Assembly (NCBI GenBank): GCA_964016885.1
Contig: OZ024740.1
Span: forward strand, 311,054,001 to 311,118,000
Length of the DNA stretch: 64,000 bases
Direction of reading: 5' to 3'
DNA from: Eledone cirrhosa
Taxonomy: Eukaryota
Shown: one piece after another, positions 13,133 through 27,806 of the stretch
How positions within the stretch are numbered: position 1 is the first letter of the stretch
How the letters are laid out: each line of letters starts with the position of its first letter
Translations under genes and position numbers: made by a program
Notes under the pieces: model-generated
Told to the model about the DNA's origin: nothing
Seen by the model: the letters and a program-made list of their open reading frames with translations, nothing else
Databases searched by the model: none

Positions 13133-16100
13133 ATGCATAAAATAATTGTTCAAGAAATCATACAATATTTCTGACTTTATGCATCCTTTGTAGCTTTAAC
13201 TTAACCTACTCTCAATATAATTTAGAGTGTTTCTTGACTAATCTAATAACTAGAGCTCGTTCTCTATTGGACCTCGAAAACCCTTATTTATAATGTCCTA
13301 TTGCTTAGTTAATTATCTGATTTCATTTTTCGATAGGCAAAACCTACGCATGGTTTCTCGAGCAATTTGCTCTCAAATTTGATCATCAATGATGTTCATT
13401 ACAGTATAATTCACAGTAAGTTAATTGAAAATAGTTGACGAGACTACACTGAGATTTAAACAGTTATGATTGAAGTTAAGTATGAGCTTAATCCATTCTT
13501 AATGAAGCATAGACATTTGACATTAAAGCTAAGGATTAGAAAGTTACATGAAGCGAGAAACTTTACAAATTACAATTCTTCTCTAGATAATTATAACCGG
13601 TTGAGAAAATCTGGTAAAGGAATATCGTTGTAGGTGTAGTGTAGGTGATATAGAAGAGCATCTGTTATGCTTAGATATCTGAGAACAGGACGTAAATTAA
13701 GAACTTAAAATCAATACTTCGTGCGTTGAAAACGTCATTGTATCTGTCAATGCCATTAATGTGCCAGCTGCAAAATTATTCCAACTGGAAAAGTTATATG
13801 AAGGTGAAACTTTTGTAATTAGGTTTCAAAATATATCGCAGTTTTGTACTGACCCTGGATTCTTAATCAGCTTCAATGTATCAATTTTTAAATGAAGCCA
13901 GCGGAAACATGAATAATGTGTATAGACAAATGATCCATATTTCTTGTTATGATTATAGTAACATTATCCATGAACTATTTTGGTATTGTTAGGTGTGTGA
14001 GAGAGAAAATGTGCGTGTAAAGCAACAGTTATATCACAAATTGTATTGTATTCCGTGTTCTAGTAAAAGTAAATAAGCAGCCATACAAAAACAATTATGT
14101 TTCGTCTTTACTTCCAATCTGCAGACGACAAAGTGTATGAAGTATATATTTAGTAGATTGAGTTTGCAACCTAGTTTCAATTCCTCATTGTAGCAATTTT
14201 CATTTTTATAGTTGCATATTTTCTTCAATGTCATTGAAATATCACATTATCCCATTTTCCAATTGCTTTAACTTTATGCGAATTTCTTAATAGATTGAAG
14301 AGCAGGTCCGCTATTAATTTGGAGTAGTAATCGTTCTTGTCGTTGCCAAGAACTTACTTTTAAATTAGAACAAATGAAAACAATTTTGCAATCATTTATT
14401 CTGGGGCCTCTTGTTTCAACGCATTAATAGATAGATCAGCTTATAACGTGGTAAGCGCCATTGCTAGGACTAGATATGTTCGGACAAAACTGATAGCATA
14501 TTTGAGAAATATACCCGAAAATAGGTCTAACCTTCTCGAGATCAAGGTTTGCGTTCGGTCGTCTCATTTAATCTCGTACGTTTTTGGTTTGATTAGTAAA
14601 AAAAAAAAGTATGATGGTATGTGAAGGACTAAACATTGGGGTCCAACGATCACATATTAGACGAAAGCAAGTATCAGATATAAGTCAGTAAATCTACATT
14701 TCCCAGTGTTTTACTAATTTTATTAAAATGAAAGTGAGCTATGTATGAAATAAATTCAATCCTATCTACTTTAGTGTAATTTATTCTGCAATTAAAAGTT
14801 TTCAATGAACTTATAAATGGAGATAATAAATAGTGCAGTTAAACTATAGTTTGATGGTTATCACTAATAATATCTATAGTTAATATAAATTGAGGAAAAA
14901 TTGCTACCTGTAATGAAATTGCTTTAAAGATGGTTAAATCAAACGTCCCACGAGGTGAACAAACGTTTTCTTAAAATAAAGATTACGCAGGTTAGTTTTG
15001 TTTTGCTTCTTCTGGTATATTTATGACTTTATTTAACTGACCATTAGTAACACAGGTCAAAATAGGTTATACCAGTTTCTTTTCTTTAACTTTATTAATA
15101 GTACTCAATATAAAATGGCATTATTCCTTCAGAAGTATAACTTATTCCTTATGTAAAACATATAGAACTTTTCGTTTTCAACCTTTATTTTCCTTTTGCC
15201 TCCTAAATGGAAACTTGTACGTATCATTGTTTATTATTGCGAGGGAGAATTCGTACGATTTGGTATCTAATTTGTGCTGTAAATAAAGTTTAGTTTAGCA
15301 TTCTTGTTGATAATTCAATCAGGTCCTTATTCGTTTTACATAAATTGCTCTGAAGCTTTGTGTGGCGTTTCTTCCTGTTATTGTCTACACAAAGTAATTC
15401 CCATTTAGTATTATTGTGAGGTTACTTTCCGATACTATCCTCAAGACACTTCTCTTGTTAGTACCAGTATTTTCTCTACATAAACATTAGTAATTGCTTT
15501 CTTATTGGTGTCTTTGGAATTAATATTTTGCGCCAACTTTCAGTGTATATTTTGCTCATAGTAATGCAATATAATTTATACATGCCAATTTATAGCTTAA
15601 TTTTAGAATGGCAAGGAATTGTCTACACTTTGGTGACATGATTCCAGCTAGGATTGATGGCTTCACATATTTATTGCTTCTTTTATTTGATATTACATCG
15701 ACAATTTAGAGTAATTATGAGAAGGCATCAGGATGCACGCCATCATTAATGCTGTGGAACATTCATTAAATTAACGTAAATATAGTAACTGCACGCTCTG
15801 TATGAGTATTAAACTTAAATATTAATAAGATTCGAAAATAAATATTAATTGCTTTCGAAACAGTGCTATGGTTTCCATCTGATAAGACTAAGAAATGAAT
15901 TTAAAATACTACATTTTACTCATTACGTTTCCAAATGAATTCAGATTCTATACACTGGAGATTCATGGTTCTTCTATATGATTATTATTTGCACGTTTGT
16001 CAGTATGTTTCTGAAACGATTCTTCTAGAAAAAAAACCTCTTTTGCTGCAACAGCATAAGTATGTTACCAGTTTAACAGTACGTTTCTAACTAAATGTAA

Positions 16101-16229
16101 TTATAACGAACTATGAGAAAATATCAAATACATTTAAAGTATTAAATGGAATGTATTTACATGCATGTTTTCTTAATCAAGGAAGCCCCCCCCCCCCCCC
16201 CCCCCCGCCTCATATATATATATATATAT

Positions 16230-17066
<837 letters not shown>

Positions 17067-17282
17067 ATGTGCATATTGCATGTATCTAATAAGTAATTTT
17101 TTATCCATACCAGTTTCGTGATCGTGTCTAAATAGTTGGATAATTATCAGTTGTGTACGACTGTAAGTTAAGTTAGGAAAATATAGACAAGTCGGGTGGT
17201 AGTAAAGAAAGATAGAGGTGTTTACAAGGAAAGAATTAGAGTACTCAACGTATACAGTAGATTGTTTTATATATATATATAT

Positions 17283-17716
17283 ATATGAAAAACGTAAAAT
17301 AAGAAAATTATAGTAATTAGCTTACTTAAATTTCACTCCAACTAAATTACTACTATGGTTCATAGTTTTAGCTTGGCTACTGTCTTTTTAACCCACTCCT
17401 CACTGATTAACCTCGATGTCACGTGATTGATTCTTTTGAATTTGCCACCGAACAAGAAGGCAGTGATATTTTCAGTGCCTTGGAATTTAGTCCCCGCTTG
17501 CTCTTTTCCATCCACTGAATTATTTTTGTATAAGTTCCCTGTGTCCGCGCATCGCCAGGTATCTTAGCTGAGAATGACTCCCTGATGAAGAAAAGGTTTC
17601 TCCATGATCTCCATTTGGAGACTATGTATATTCCCTTTCAGAAACTAATTAGTTGGAGTGAAATTTAAGTAAGTAAGCTAATTACTATAATTTTTTTATT
17701 TTACGTTTTTCATATA
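17283..17716. mobile_element. Short pLTR-like unit with ~65-bp terminal inverted repeats, family D
   Basis: ATGAAAAACGTAAAATAAG...CACTCCAACTAA (17283-17345) inverted at 17648-17716; adjoins (TA)n. Confidence 0.75.
17577..17659 (+). ncRNA. Hammerhead ribozyme, family D, extended stem II
   Basis: ACTCC CTGATGA A GAAAAGG...CCCTTTC A GAA ACTA-at-TAGT T GGAGT; stem III AACTAATTAGTT is a perfect palindrome; GUU cleavage triplet. Confidence 0.8.
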
Positions 17717-17849
17717 ATTGTTCTGCATCCCCTTGCATTGAACCACAAAGTCACTAAGACAAAACCTATATATTTGCTTGCATTGGTATACATCTGTATA
17801 TATATGTTGGTAGATATACTAATTCTTTATTTATATAAAGTGGCCTACT

Positions 17850-19570
17850 CCAATGCCACGGAACACCCACCACTCTCCTCAGGGTCGAACAACAAACCAT
17901 CTTCACCCTACAGACCCACACTCCCCCCGGCCTGAACTCCCCACCCTTATTCCTTTAGCCTTCGACCGCCGCCCTCCCCCACACATATCCCCCACTAACA
18001 CCACTAACACACCCCTCCTTTTCACCGCCCACCCCACAACTAACAATACTAACACCTCCACCCCACACCCGACCACCCTTCCCCAACTAACAAACTAACA
18101 TCCCTCCCTTCTTCTCCTCCCCCTCCTTATCACACGCACACACCCACCGGTACATATATACACGAGCTCACACTAAACGCACACCCTACTACCACCACTA
18201 ACCCTCACCCCCACACATCCACCCCACCACCCCGCAACAAACATCACTAACACCCCCCGACCCCAAGCACACGAACACACACACCCACTTACACCACCCA
18301 CTCTACACGCAACTAACATCACTAACACACCCCAACCCTACGCACACGAACACACACACCCTCTTACACCACCCACTCTACACACCCTACCACCACTGAC
18401 CCCCACTCACACCCGCATTCAACCCTTTTCTCCACCTCCAGTATACTAACACCCACTAACACCCCCTTCACACACTCATCCAAACACGCACACACACACC
18501 AGTACACTACACTCCCTCCATCGGCCCCCGCACCCTTCTCTCCCCGCTCCACCCACACCCTTTCTCAAACACACACACATCCCACTAACACCTCTACTAA
18601 TACACACACACACCCTCCTCACTCCAACTTTCACACCTACCCATCCACTCCCCTGTCCACCGCACCTCCGCACACACTGACACACCGACTTTCTTCACTT
18701 ACCATTCTACCCTACTGCTGCTATGCCTCTCTAACCACCTCCCCGCACACACAGACACAAAACCCTCCTCCTGCCTTGACCCTCTGACCACTTCCTGTTG
18801 CGCGCGCACCCCACATCTCCCCTCTTCCGACCAATCTCTTCACGGATTACACATATGTGAACCTTTATCCCGAGAATCCACCACATCCCAAGGATATTAC
18901 TCAGCATTCCACCACACCGTCTACGGAATTACCTTAACGACTCACCCACGGACATACACCCCAAAAAATGTTTTTCCCCACACGCCACCTACATCCACAA
19001 CACGCATAAACACCACACACACACGTGCGTACCACCACATATTTACACATTCAGCCTCCGGAATACTCTCCCCCCACCCCTCTATCCACACACGCACACA
19101 CACTCCGACCTACACCCCACCCCACACACACCTCTTCCTGAACATGCAACCCCGTTCTTCCCCCAACTCTTACTTTCACATACACACACACACACCTACA
19201 CACACACACACACCACCTTCAGCCCTCTCCGCTCGGACACCCCGTCTCCCTCTCCCCACTCCACCCGCTACCACCCCTACACGCCCCACAACCTTCCACC
19301 ACCTGTTTTACTTCATGTGTATTTTTATTTTTATTTTTATCATGCCTTTATATTTAATTTCATTTGTACCGTTTCCTCTCACCCCCTTTTTTCTATATGT
19401 CTCTCCACTACTCCCCTACACACCCTTGGAACTCTCTTCCCACACATTTTTCACCTGAAGAAGGGCATATGCCCGAAACGTCGTTCCCCACCACCACCCC
19501 ACTCTCAAGAGCGTGAAACTAAATAACCTTTGTTCGTACTGCTTCTCTGTTTTGTTCCCGTTCAATTTTT

Positions 19571-19575
<5 letters not shown>
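17850..19575 (+). mobile_element. Highly degenerate, C/A-rich Penelope-like 3' region
   Basis: Strong G depletion on the + strand; trace GIY-YIG-like PVAR(H) near 18795; ends in a hammerhead and (TA)n. Confidence 0.5.
19451..19483 (+). ncRNA. Minimal hammerhead ribozyme, family E, with eroded stem I
   Basis: TCAC CTGAAGA A GGGCA-ta-TGCCC GAA AC-GT C GT; palindromic stem III ACGT, GUC triplet. Confidence 0.7.
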
Positions 19576-19643
<68 letters not shown>

Positions 19644-20134
19644 AAGAATTCGAAGTTTAAAAGATACGACATTGTGGGTTTGGACAGAAAATAATTAAAT
19701 CGTAAGAAACTGGGGTTGCTTTTTTACCTTAATTTATTCATATGTCCTGATATTTTGAGTTTAATATCTCTTCTTCCTAGGAAAATAAAGGAACTATTCC
19801 AATGTCAAATGTGGCTTGCTATACCATGCAGGCCGGAAGTGGGGGTTTTTTTCCTAACCTCTTTTGTGTTTAAATTAAGGTAGGAGAGGTCAAGGGGCAC
19901 AGAGTTGTTTCCCTTTAAATCCGCTTCGACGCATTAATAAGCGCTGACACACACGTTCATGCATACATGTGTGTGTGTAAGCACGCAAATGCACAAACAC
20001 GCATGAGACGTGTAAACACATGAATGCATACACACGATTTCTCCCGGATGGATAATGTGCTCGTAAGCGGGCCGATGTGTGCCCTTATGCATAGTGTCCC
20101 GTGGCCTTCTAAGTTCAGTGTTGTGTGCCTAGTT

Positions 20135-20267
20135 CTATGTTAGGTATTGCGTGCTTAGTTCTAATCTATTATTGATTTGCAGATGTGTTCTGGCTATAAT
20201 TAATGCTTCCTTAATTCTGAGATTGTCGAAGTTTCTTTCTTTTGTTTCAGCCTTAACAGTTATTGTT

Positions 20268-20299
<32 letters not shown>

Positions 20300-21280
20300 T
20301 GGTATTTTGGTATTTTGTGGTATTTTGGCATTTCTCTCTAAGTGTTTCTTAAATGAGGAAGCGTTAGTGTTAATGTGTTCCTTAATTCTGATGTGTAGGT
20401 GTCGGGTGGTGCTGCCTATATAGAAGTTGTCGCATTTATCACACAGGACTTGGCACACGACGTATGCTTCATGACATATGTCTGTGTTATCGATGGTGAA
20501 ACGTCTGTTGTGTTCTCTAGGTCTTCTCCTAGGTAGTTGTCTGCGTAGTGAGGGCCCCGAGTGAGCTAGTTGTAAGTCTAGTCCTTCTCTTCGGATGGCT
20601 CTTAGGGTGGCTATTGTTGTGCCATCACTGAAATATGGGAGCTTCAGAAAGGAAGTATTGGTGGGGTTCGTGTTTCGAATGCAGTGTTGCCTATTTCTAA
20701 CGCGATTTACGGTGGATGGTGGGTAACCGTTTATTTCAAGCACTTCCAAGAAGTGTGTGGTGTGCGTGTCTCGGTCTTCTGTGGTGTTTTATTTATTCCA
20801 GACACCTGCCAGTTTATTCTTTATGTATCCGGACTTGGCACTAATGGGAAGGGCCGATTTGAAATGGACGAACAGGACCCTGCTGGCGGCTTTTCTGCAG
20901 AAGCTGGTGTGGATGCCTCCTTCTTCCGTTACCCTGAGTTGGAAGTCTAGCAGGGAGATGGATTCAGTGTCATCGAGGTATTCCATGCTGAACCTTATGT
21001 TAACATCGATGCTAGAGAATGCTGTGTATATTTTGTCTGCTTCTTCACGGGATGGTGTTAGGCTGAGTATGTCATCTACATATCGGGTGAAGAAGGCACA
21101 GGAGTGGCAGGTGTTGAGGGCCCGACGTTCCAGCTGGTTCATATAAGTGATGGCCAGCTGGTCCGATAGGCTGGATGCCATAGGTAGTCCTGTTGTCTGT
21201 CTGTCTGTATGTGTGGTGGTGGAAGGTGAAGTAAGTATTATCCACTGTAATAGTTAGAAGTTGGTGTATGTCTGCCATAG
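20135..21280 (-). pseudogene. Penelope-like element remnant (RT C-terminal half and GIY-YIG)
   Basis: NTYFTF..YRQ, FTRYVDDI, SLLDFQL, NGYP, LKLPY, VLCDKCDNFYIGSTTRHLHIRIKEH, LRIKEALII. Confidence 0.85.
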
Positions 21281-22279
21281 CAGTAAATGTTCTCGGAAAC
21301 TATGCAGTCAGTCAATAAGTTGACAGCTGGGTGAGCGGAGACTGTAGTGTAGAGGGAGACGTTGTTCAACATTTATAAAAGTAGTTTAGTGAGTAGTTTG
21401 AAACAGAGGAAGGAAAGAACTTAAAATATGATATATGTAAAGAAAGGGAAATTATGATACGATATTGAAATGAGTAGGAAAAGTCAGTTACAAAATTTAA
21501 ATGTGTATATTTTTATAAACCATAATGAATTCCGGAGAAACAAACAGGGAGTTTTAATAGTATGAAATAGCTAGCTATTCATCCCTTCAATCAAGTAGTG
21601 ATATAATCTCCATGTCATTTCGGTCTTGCTTGTCAAATTGGGGACATTTCATGATTTTGTGCAGCGATTTAGGTATTTTACAAATTCTTTAGCGTTTTCT
21701 ATTCGTTTGAAGAATGAATAGCTTAAAATATTTGCATTTCTTACCTATCTTCCTCTTGGTGGTCACATGCTATTTTGAACTGCAGACATTGTTGTTACTG
21801 TCGGCTTACATGTTCTTGGTAGAAGAGTCATACAGATCGATGAATGAAAACCAACGTTGCAACTTTACTATTTTATTTAAGGCCTCTCAGTAAATTTATT
21901 TGATAGTTATGAGAAATTTCCTCAGATACCAATATCCTTTTGAAAGTTTTGATAGTGGGAATAAAGGTGTTAGATAATAAGTTCCTAAAGATATTTGAAA
22001 TAAATTTCTTGTGTTTCGAAAGACTGTCGCAATTCATATATCAACCACAAAATAGCTGAAAATGTCGGGCAAATAACACTAGGAGATGGAAAACATTTGA
22101 AATAGACACCCGTCAGAACTGAACCAAGTCTTCTGTCACGACTGCCATCACACTTAGGTAGCTTGATAAATCCTTCACTACTTAAATAGTCGACTAGAAA
22201 TGTAATAAAACCGATACGTTTACGATGAAATTTGATAAGTTTTAAATTTGATAGTTATTTATTTTTATTGAGAAAAACT

Positions 22280-23066
22280 GTGAAAACTGAGACATTCGTC
22301 ATCACAAGGAAGGCTATGCAGTGCACTTTATATGTGAATGGAGTTCCACTAAAGCAGGTGGAGCAGTTCAAGTGTCATGGGTTCGTATTCATGAGTGATG
22401 GACGGAAAGAGGCTGAATTAAGTGCAAGAATTACAGGAGTTGGTGCAGTAATTCGCCAGGTTCAACATTCGGTAATCAGAAGAAGGGGGAAGGTGTAAAA
22501 GTCAAACTCGCTATCTTCAATTCGGTATTCGTGCCAACCCTCACCTATGGTCATGAATCTTGTGTAATGACCGAAAGAATACGATCGCGAATACAAGCGG
22601 CCGAAATGGAGTTTCTACGAAGGGTCTTTGAAGTAACCTTACTCGATAGAGTTCGTAGCTCAGAGATCAGAGTGTCAATCCATGTTGAGCCGCTACTTCT
22701 CCGAATTGAGAGATTACAACTCCGATGATTTGGGCATGTGATTAGAATGCTTCAGGAAAGAATCGTTGGACAGATTTTACGAGCAAGACCAACTGGCATG
22801 ACACCCAGGAGTAGACGCTGAGAAAGATCGTTGGATAATATTCATTGATTTTTCTTATGAACATAGTTGCGTGTAGAAAAAGTAATATTTTCTTAATTTC
22901 CAAACACATGCTAAATTGGAGACGGTTGCTTCAGACATGACCCGCTGGAAGAAGCATTTGAAGACTCTGCGCCCACGACCTTCTGAGATATAAGTGGCGG
23001 GGAGGAGGGGGGGGGAGAAGAAGAAGAAGAAGAAGAAGAAGAAGAAGAAGAAGAAGAAGAAGAAGA
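22280..23066 (+). pseudogene. RTE-clade LINE 3' remnant with (GAA)n tail
   Basis: LKQVEQFK, PTLTYGHESCVMTERIRSRIQAAEMEFLRRV, IERLQLR*FGHV; 3' UTR CTCTGCGCCCACGAC...GATATAAGTGG then (GAA)n. Confidence 0.8.
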
Positions 23067-23100
23067 GGTGGTGGTGGTGGTGTATTATTGTAGTTACAGA

Positions 23101-23430
23101 ATAGGCGGCGTATTGGCAGAGTTGGATAGAATGTTTTGAAGTATTCGTTTCTTTCAGCTCTCTACGCTCTGAGTTCAAATCCCGCCGAGGTCAACTTTGC
23201 CCTTCATCCGTTCGAGGTGGATAAAGTATGTATCAGTCTAATGCTGGGATCGATTATGTCTCTATATCTCTTTCTCACTTCCATTTCTCACTCTCTATCC
23301 TTCTCGGGAAGAAAACTGCTATATTCAGACCTGGAAAGGATATGAGTTCCATCAGGTTTTAAAATGTTCTAGCAATACCTTATGTCAATACAGCGCTCCT
23401 ACGATTCCATCTAGAGTTAAGGTACCATAC
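23101..23430 (+). mobile_element. SINE variant with the same head and a different, longer 3' part; related copies at ~26095-26400 and ~37195-37430
   Basis: A/B boxes and central domain, then shared TTTCTCACTTCCATTT(T)CTCA...CAGGTTTTAAAATG. Confidence 0.65.
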
Positions 23431-23541
23431 ATACAGTTACAGAATATTTGTAGATATTTTAATTGTTTCTTTCTAATTACTATACTTAGTGCCTCGTACA
23501 TTTTCAAACGTCGGTGGTTTCTTCATTTGATACTCCTTACT

Positions 23542-24132
23542 AAATAATTGTTTCAACTTTTGGCACAAGGCCAGCAAATACCCAGTACATTACTGGTACT
23601 TTATTTTATCGACCCCGTAAGGAGGAAAGGCAAAGTTAACCTCGGCGGGATTTGAACTCAGACCGTAAAGGGACGTAACTATGCTGGAAAGCATGGCGTC
23701 CAACCCTCTACTGATACTGCCAATTCTAAATAATTGTTTCTACTTTAGGCACAAGGCCAGCAATTACCCAGTACATTACTGGTACTTTATTTTATCGACC
23801 CCGTAAGGATGAAAGGCAAAGTTAACCTCGGCGGGATTTGAACTCAGACTGTAAAGGGACGTAACTATGCTAGAAAGCATGGCGTCCAACCCTCTACCGA
23901 TACTGCCAATTCTAAATAATTGTTTCTACGTTAGGCACAAGGCCAGCAATTTGGGGAAGGGGAAAGTCGATTAAATCTACCCCAGTGCGTGACTGGTACT
24001 TTATTTTATCAACCCCGTAAGGATGAAAGGCAAAGTTAACCTCGGCGGGATTTGAACTCAGACCGTAAATAGCTGTAACTCTATGCAAATCATGGCGTCC
24101 GACCCTCTACTGATACTGCCAATCCCCCGCCC
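23542..24132 (-). mobile_element. Three head-to-tail SINE copies
   Basis: Units start near 23542, 23728 and 23914, each GGCACAAGGCCAGCAA...GATACTGCCAAT. Confidence 0.9.
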
Positions 24133-24319
24133 TACTCCTTACAAAATAATCTGACAATATTGACAATATTCTTAAAAATCGATATTTCTATTGTTAAAAT
24201 GTCATTGACGTCATATTGTAATTTCGATTCAGTGCAATAATTGAATAATGATCTATATAATTGTATAAAATAACATATAACTCCTGCACACATGGAATTG
24301 GGAATATCTATTTATTATT

Positions 24320-24500
24320 AGCAGTATCGGTAGAGGGTCTGACGCCTTGCTTTCCAGCATAGTTACTTCCCTTTACGGTCTGAGTTTAAATCACGTCGAG
24401 GTTAACTTTGCCTTTCATCCTTACGGGGTCGATAAAATAAAGTACCAGTAATGTACTGGGTATTTGCTGGCCTTGTGCCAAAAGTAGAAACAATTATTAT
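24320..24500 (+). mobile_element. SINE copy
   Basis: Same family as 7053-7272. Confidence 0.85.
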
Positions 24501-24530
24501 TTATTAATTCAAAGCCGTTTTTCCTTAAAT

Positions 24531-24675
<145 letters not shown>

Positions 24676-24714
24676 GATATTAATAAATGGAAACTATATT
24701 TATAAAACTATATT

Positions 24715-24779
24715 TATTTCATTATACATATTTCAGGGATACCAAATTAAATTATGGTATGCCTTCATCAGACAAAATA
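24715..24779 (-). ncRNA. Hammerhead ribozyme, family F, in a ~185-bp unit (24675-24858) between (TA)n tracts
   Basis: Minus strand reads TATTTTGT CTGATGA AGGc ATACCA-loop-TGGTAT CCCT GAA ATA-tg-TAT A ATGAAATA. Confidence 0.8.
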
Positions 24780-24967
24780 CAATATATAACAGTTTTACAA
24801 ATATTATAAAAATATTTACTTGTTGTATCCCAACAATTTTAAATAGAACTTTTGCATATATATATATATATATATATAGATATAATTATAACGAAGGAAA
24901 TGTGGTAAGGAACTAGATGGACCATAACGCACCAAAGTACTCAATACTTAGGGTAGTAGAGTGGGTA

Positions 24968-25176
24968 ATAGGAACGAGTAGAACCCCGACGGCTGAGCTC
25001 AAGCCGTTTCGATGGCTAATTCTGGATTTACGGTCTGAGTTTAAATCACGTCGAGGTTAACTTTGCCTTTCATCCTTACGGGGTTGATAAAATGTACTGG
25101 GTGATTGCTGGCCTTGTGCCAGAATTAGCCGTCGAAACGGCTTGAGCTCAGCCGTCGGGGTCCTACTCGTTCCTAT
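24968..25176. repeat. 58-bp inverted repeats (3' half of a hammerhead, family G) enclosing a SINE fragment
   Basis: Arms 24968-25025 and 25119-25176 contain GAA ACGGCT(T)GAG-CTCAGCCGT C GGGGT; SINE piece at 25026-25121. Confidence 0.8.
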
Positions 25177-25337
25177 ATATAATTATATATATATATATAT
25201 ATAACAGTCGATCGACAAGATACCAGATCTCATTCGCTTAACGAGTGAGATGGAGCTCCTCAAATTTGATCGAGGAAACAATGTTTCCATTGGTCTTTCC
25301 AATTGCTAATATTATCTACCGGTCGCAAATCCAGGCA

Positions 25338-25433
<96 letters not shown>

Positions 25434-26734
25434 GTATATGTATGTATATATATATAATTCAAAAGGAAGACAGGACAAAAAATAATTATTCAGTTCATGA
25501 GTTACTCATAACGGGTGACCACGATTTTTCGGAATACCAACACAGTTATAGATCCAAAATTGATCTATTGCTGTACAAAAAATTGTGACGAAACGAAGAA
25601 CTGGCAAGCAAATGGTCGCCAGATAAGGTCGCCAGAGAACGAAAACATTAGTATTTAAATTCCTGAGAATTCATCACGGACAGTACAGACAAAGTAGACA
25701 GAAAATACTCGAAGAAAATATTGTTTGAAATATTTGCAGGCACAGCAGGGACGAAAGAAAAAATATATATGAAGTCGGGTAGCGATATTGTGGTCAGCTT
25801 CCCTGTACAGAGGATAAATAATTGATTACACTGTGTGAAGAGAAAAAGATCTCTGCAGTCCAAGAAGGTAAGAAATATATCGTCCAACGACAAGCGATGA
25901 ATGGTAGATGAGCCAGAGACCAGTGTCAATGATCGAAAATATGGGGATATAACAAACAACGTCAGACAGCACCACTAGCGTGAAGAATCGAAAGTAGGGA
26001 TGTTTAAACCACTACTGTTATCATCGAAAACCCGCGGCCACACCTTATAAGCAGCTGGTCATTTTTCTCTGTTTTGATTCCCTATTATTAATTAGGAGGG
26101 GGCAAATTGGCAGAATCATTAGATTATCGGATAAAATGCTTTGTGATATTCGTTCAGGCATTCTGAGTTCAAATCCCGCTAAGGTCAACTTTGCCTTTCA
26201 TCCAGTCGAGGTTGATACAAAAACGACCAGTCTAGTACTGGGGCCGATTATTCCTCTGTATCGCTTTCTCACTTCCATTTTCTCATTCTCTATCCTTTTG
26301 TGGAAGTAATCTGCTGTATTCAAACTTAAGGCGGAGATGATATCTGCCAGGTTTTAAAATGCTGTAAGTAACACCTCATTTCAATATGGCGGCCATACAT
26401 ACATTATTAAGAGTCCATACATACATTATTAACTTGGATTGGCAGTATCGGTAGAGGGTCGGACGTCATGCTTACGAGGTCGATAAAATAAAGTACCAGT
26501 AATGTACTGGGTAATTGATGGCCTTGTGCCAAAAGTAGAAACAATTATTAACTATGACAATAAACGACATTTCTCATATCTTCCATACTATTTACATTCT
26601 ACCTACTTTCGACTCTCCGTGCTAGTGGTCTGTCTGACGTTGTTGGTTATCTCACCTATTTTCGTTCATTGACACCAGTGGCTGGGTCATCTTCCTTTCA
26701 CCACTTGTCAACTTAGCAGCAGAACGATGTTTCT

Positions 26735-26812
<78 letters not shown>

Positions 26813-26846
26813 TCTCTCTCGCCCGTAAATATATTTCTTCCCACAG

Positions 26847-27150
26847 TGTCATCAACTATTCGTCTTCGGTATACAGGTTCTGCTGCACGTCGGGCTGAGG
26901 AGGTCAAACTCTTCAAATATCGGTCGCTCTACGACAGGTTTGCGGTTGTACCCTTGGCAGTGGAGACCTCTGGTGTCCTCCGCCCTAGGGCTACCTCCCT
27001 ACTCACCACCATAGGTGCTGAGCTGGCCAGCCGCAGGTGTGAGCCCCGCGAGCTGGAATAGCTTTTCCAGCGCGTCTCCCTTGCCGTCCCTCGAGGAAAC
27101 GCCTTCTCTATTCTGTCCGCCGGAGCTGTGGGGAGGCCACCACTATGATA
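26847..27150 (+). pseudogene. 3' end of a CRE-like RLE non-LTR retrotransposon
   Basis: GSAARRAEEVKLFKY...VPLAVETSG...LFQRVSLAVPRGNA, the typical RLE C-terminus KxxKY, P.AVET.G, QR.S.A..RGNA. Confidence 0.7.
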
Positions 27151-27766
27151 GATTGACTTGTCATTTTATCAGTCAGATGTTTTTAGACCCGTTGTATGAA
27201 TAACATTACAAATTATTTATAATTCTTACAGAATGAAAATATGAAATAATGTGTATATATATATATATGTAGACCAAACAACCAGCACATTGTCTTTGTC
27301 TTGTGTCTAACAACAGAGAGGCAAACTACAATATCACTACCCGACTTTATATATTGTTTCTTTCGTCTGGCGGAATTTGTTGTAACCTCATGTATTTATT
27401 TTTAAAATGTTCTTTATTTTCTGTCTGTTTCGTCTGTATTGTTCGTGGTGTATCCATAAGTATTTGAATACTATAATTCTATAATTCCTTTGTTTTGTCC
27501 TACCTTTCATTTGAATGCTACATTTACTAACACCATACAGTAATTTCTATTTCTGATATTTTGGTATATATATATATATATGTGTGTGTGCATACAAATG
27601 TATCTGTGTATGTGTGTATGTGTATGTGTGTCTGTTTATACATATGTGTATATATACATATGTGTGCGTGTATGTGCGTCTATGTATCTATGTGTATACA
27701 TCAGTGTGTATGTGCGTCTATATATGTATGTGTATCCGTAAGTGTGTATGTGTATGTTCTTCTATA

Positions 27767-27806
<40 letters not shown>

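Noticed and set aside
13200-16150. Long apparently unique AT-rich stretch
   Set aside because: No ORF, repeat or structure that I can support; probably intronic or intergenic
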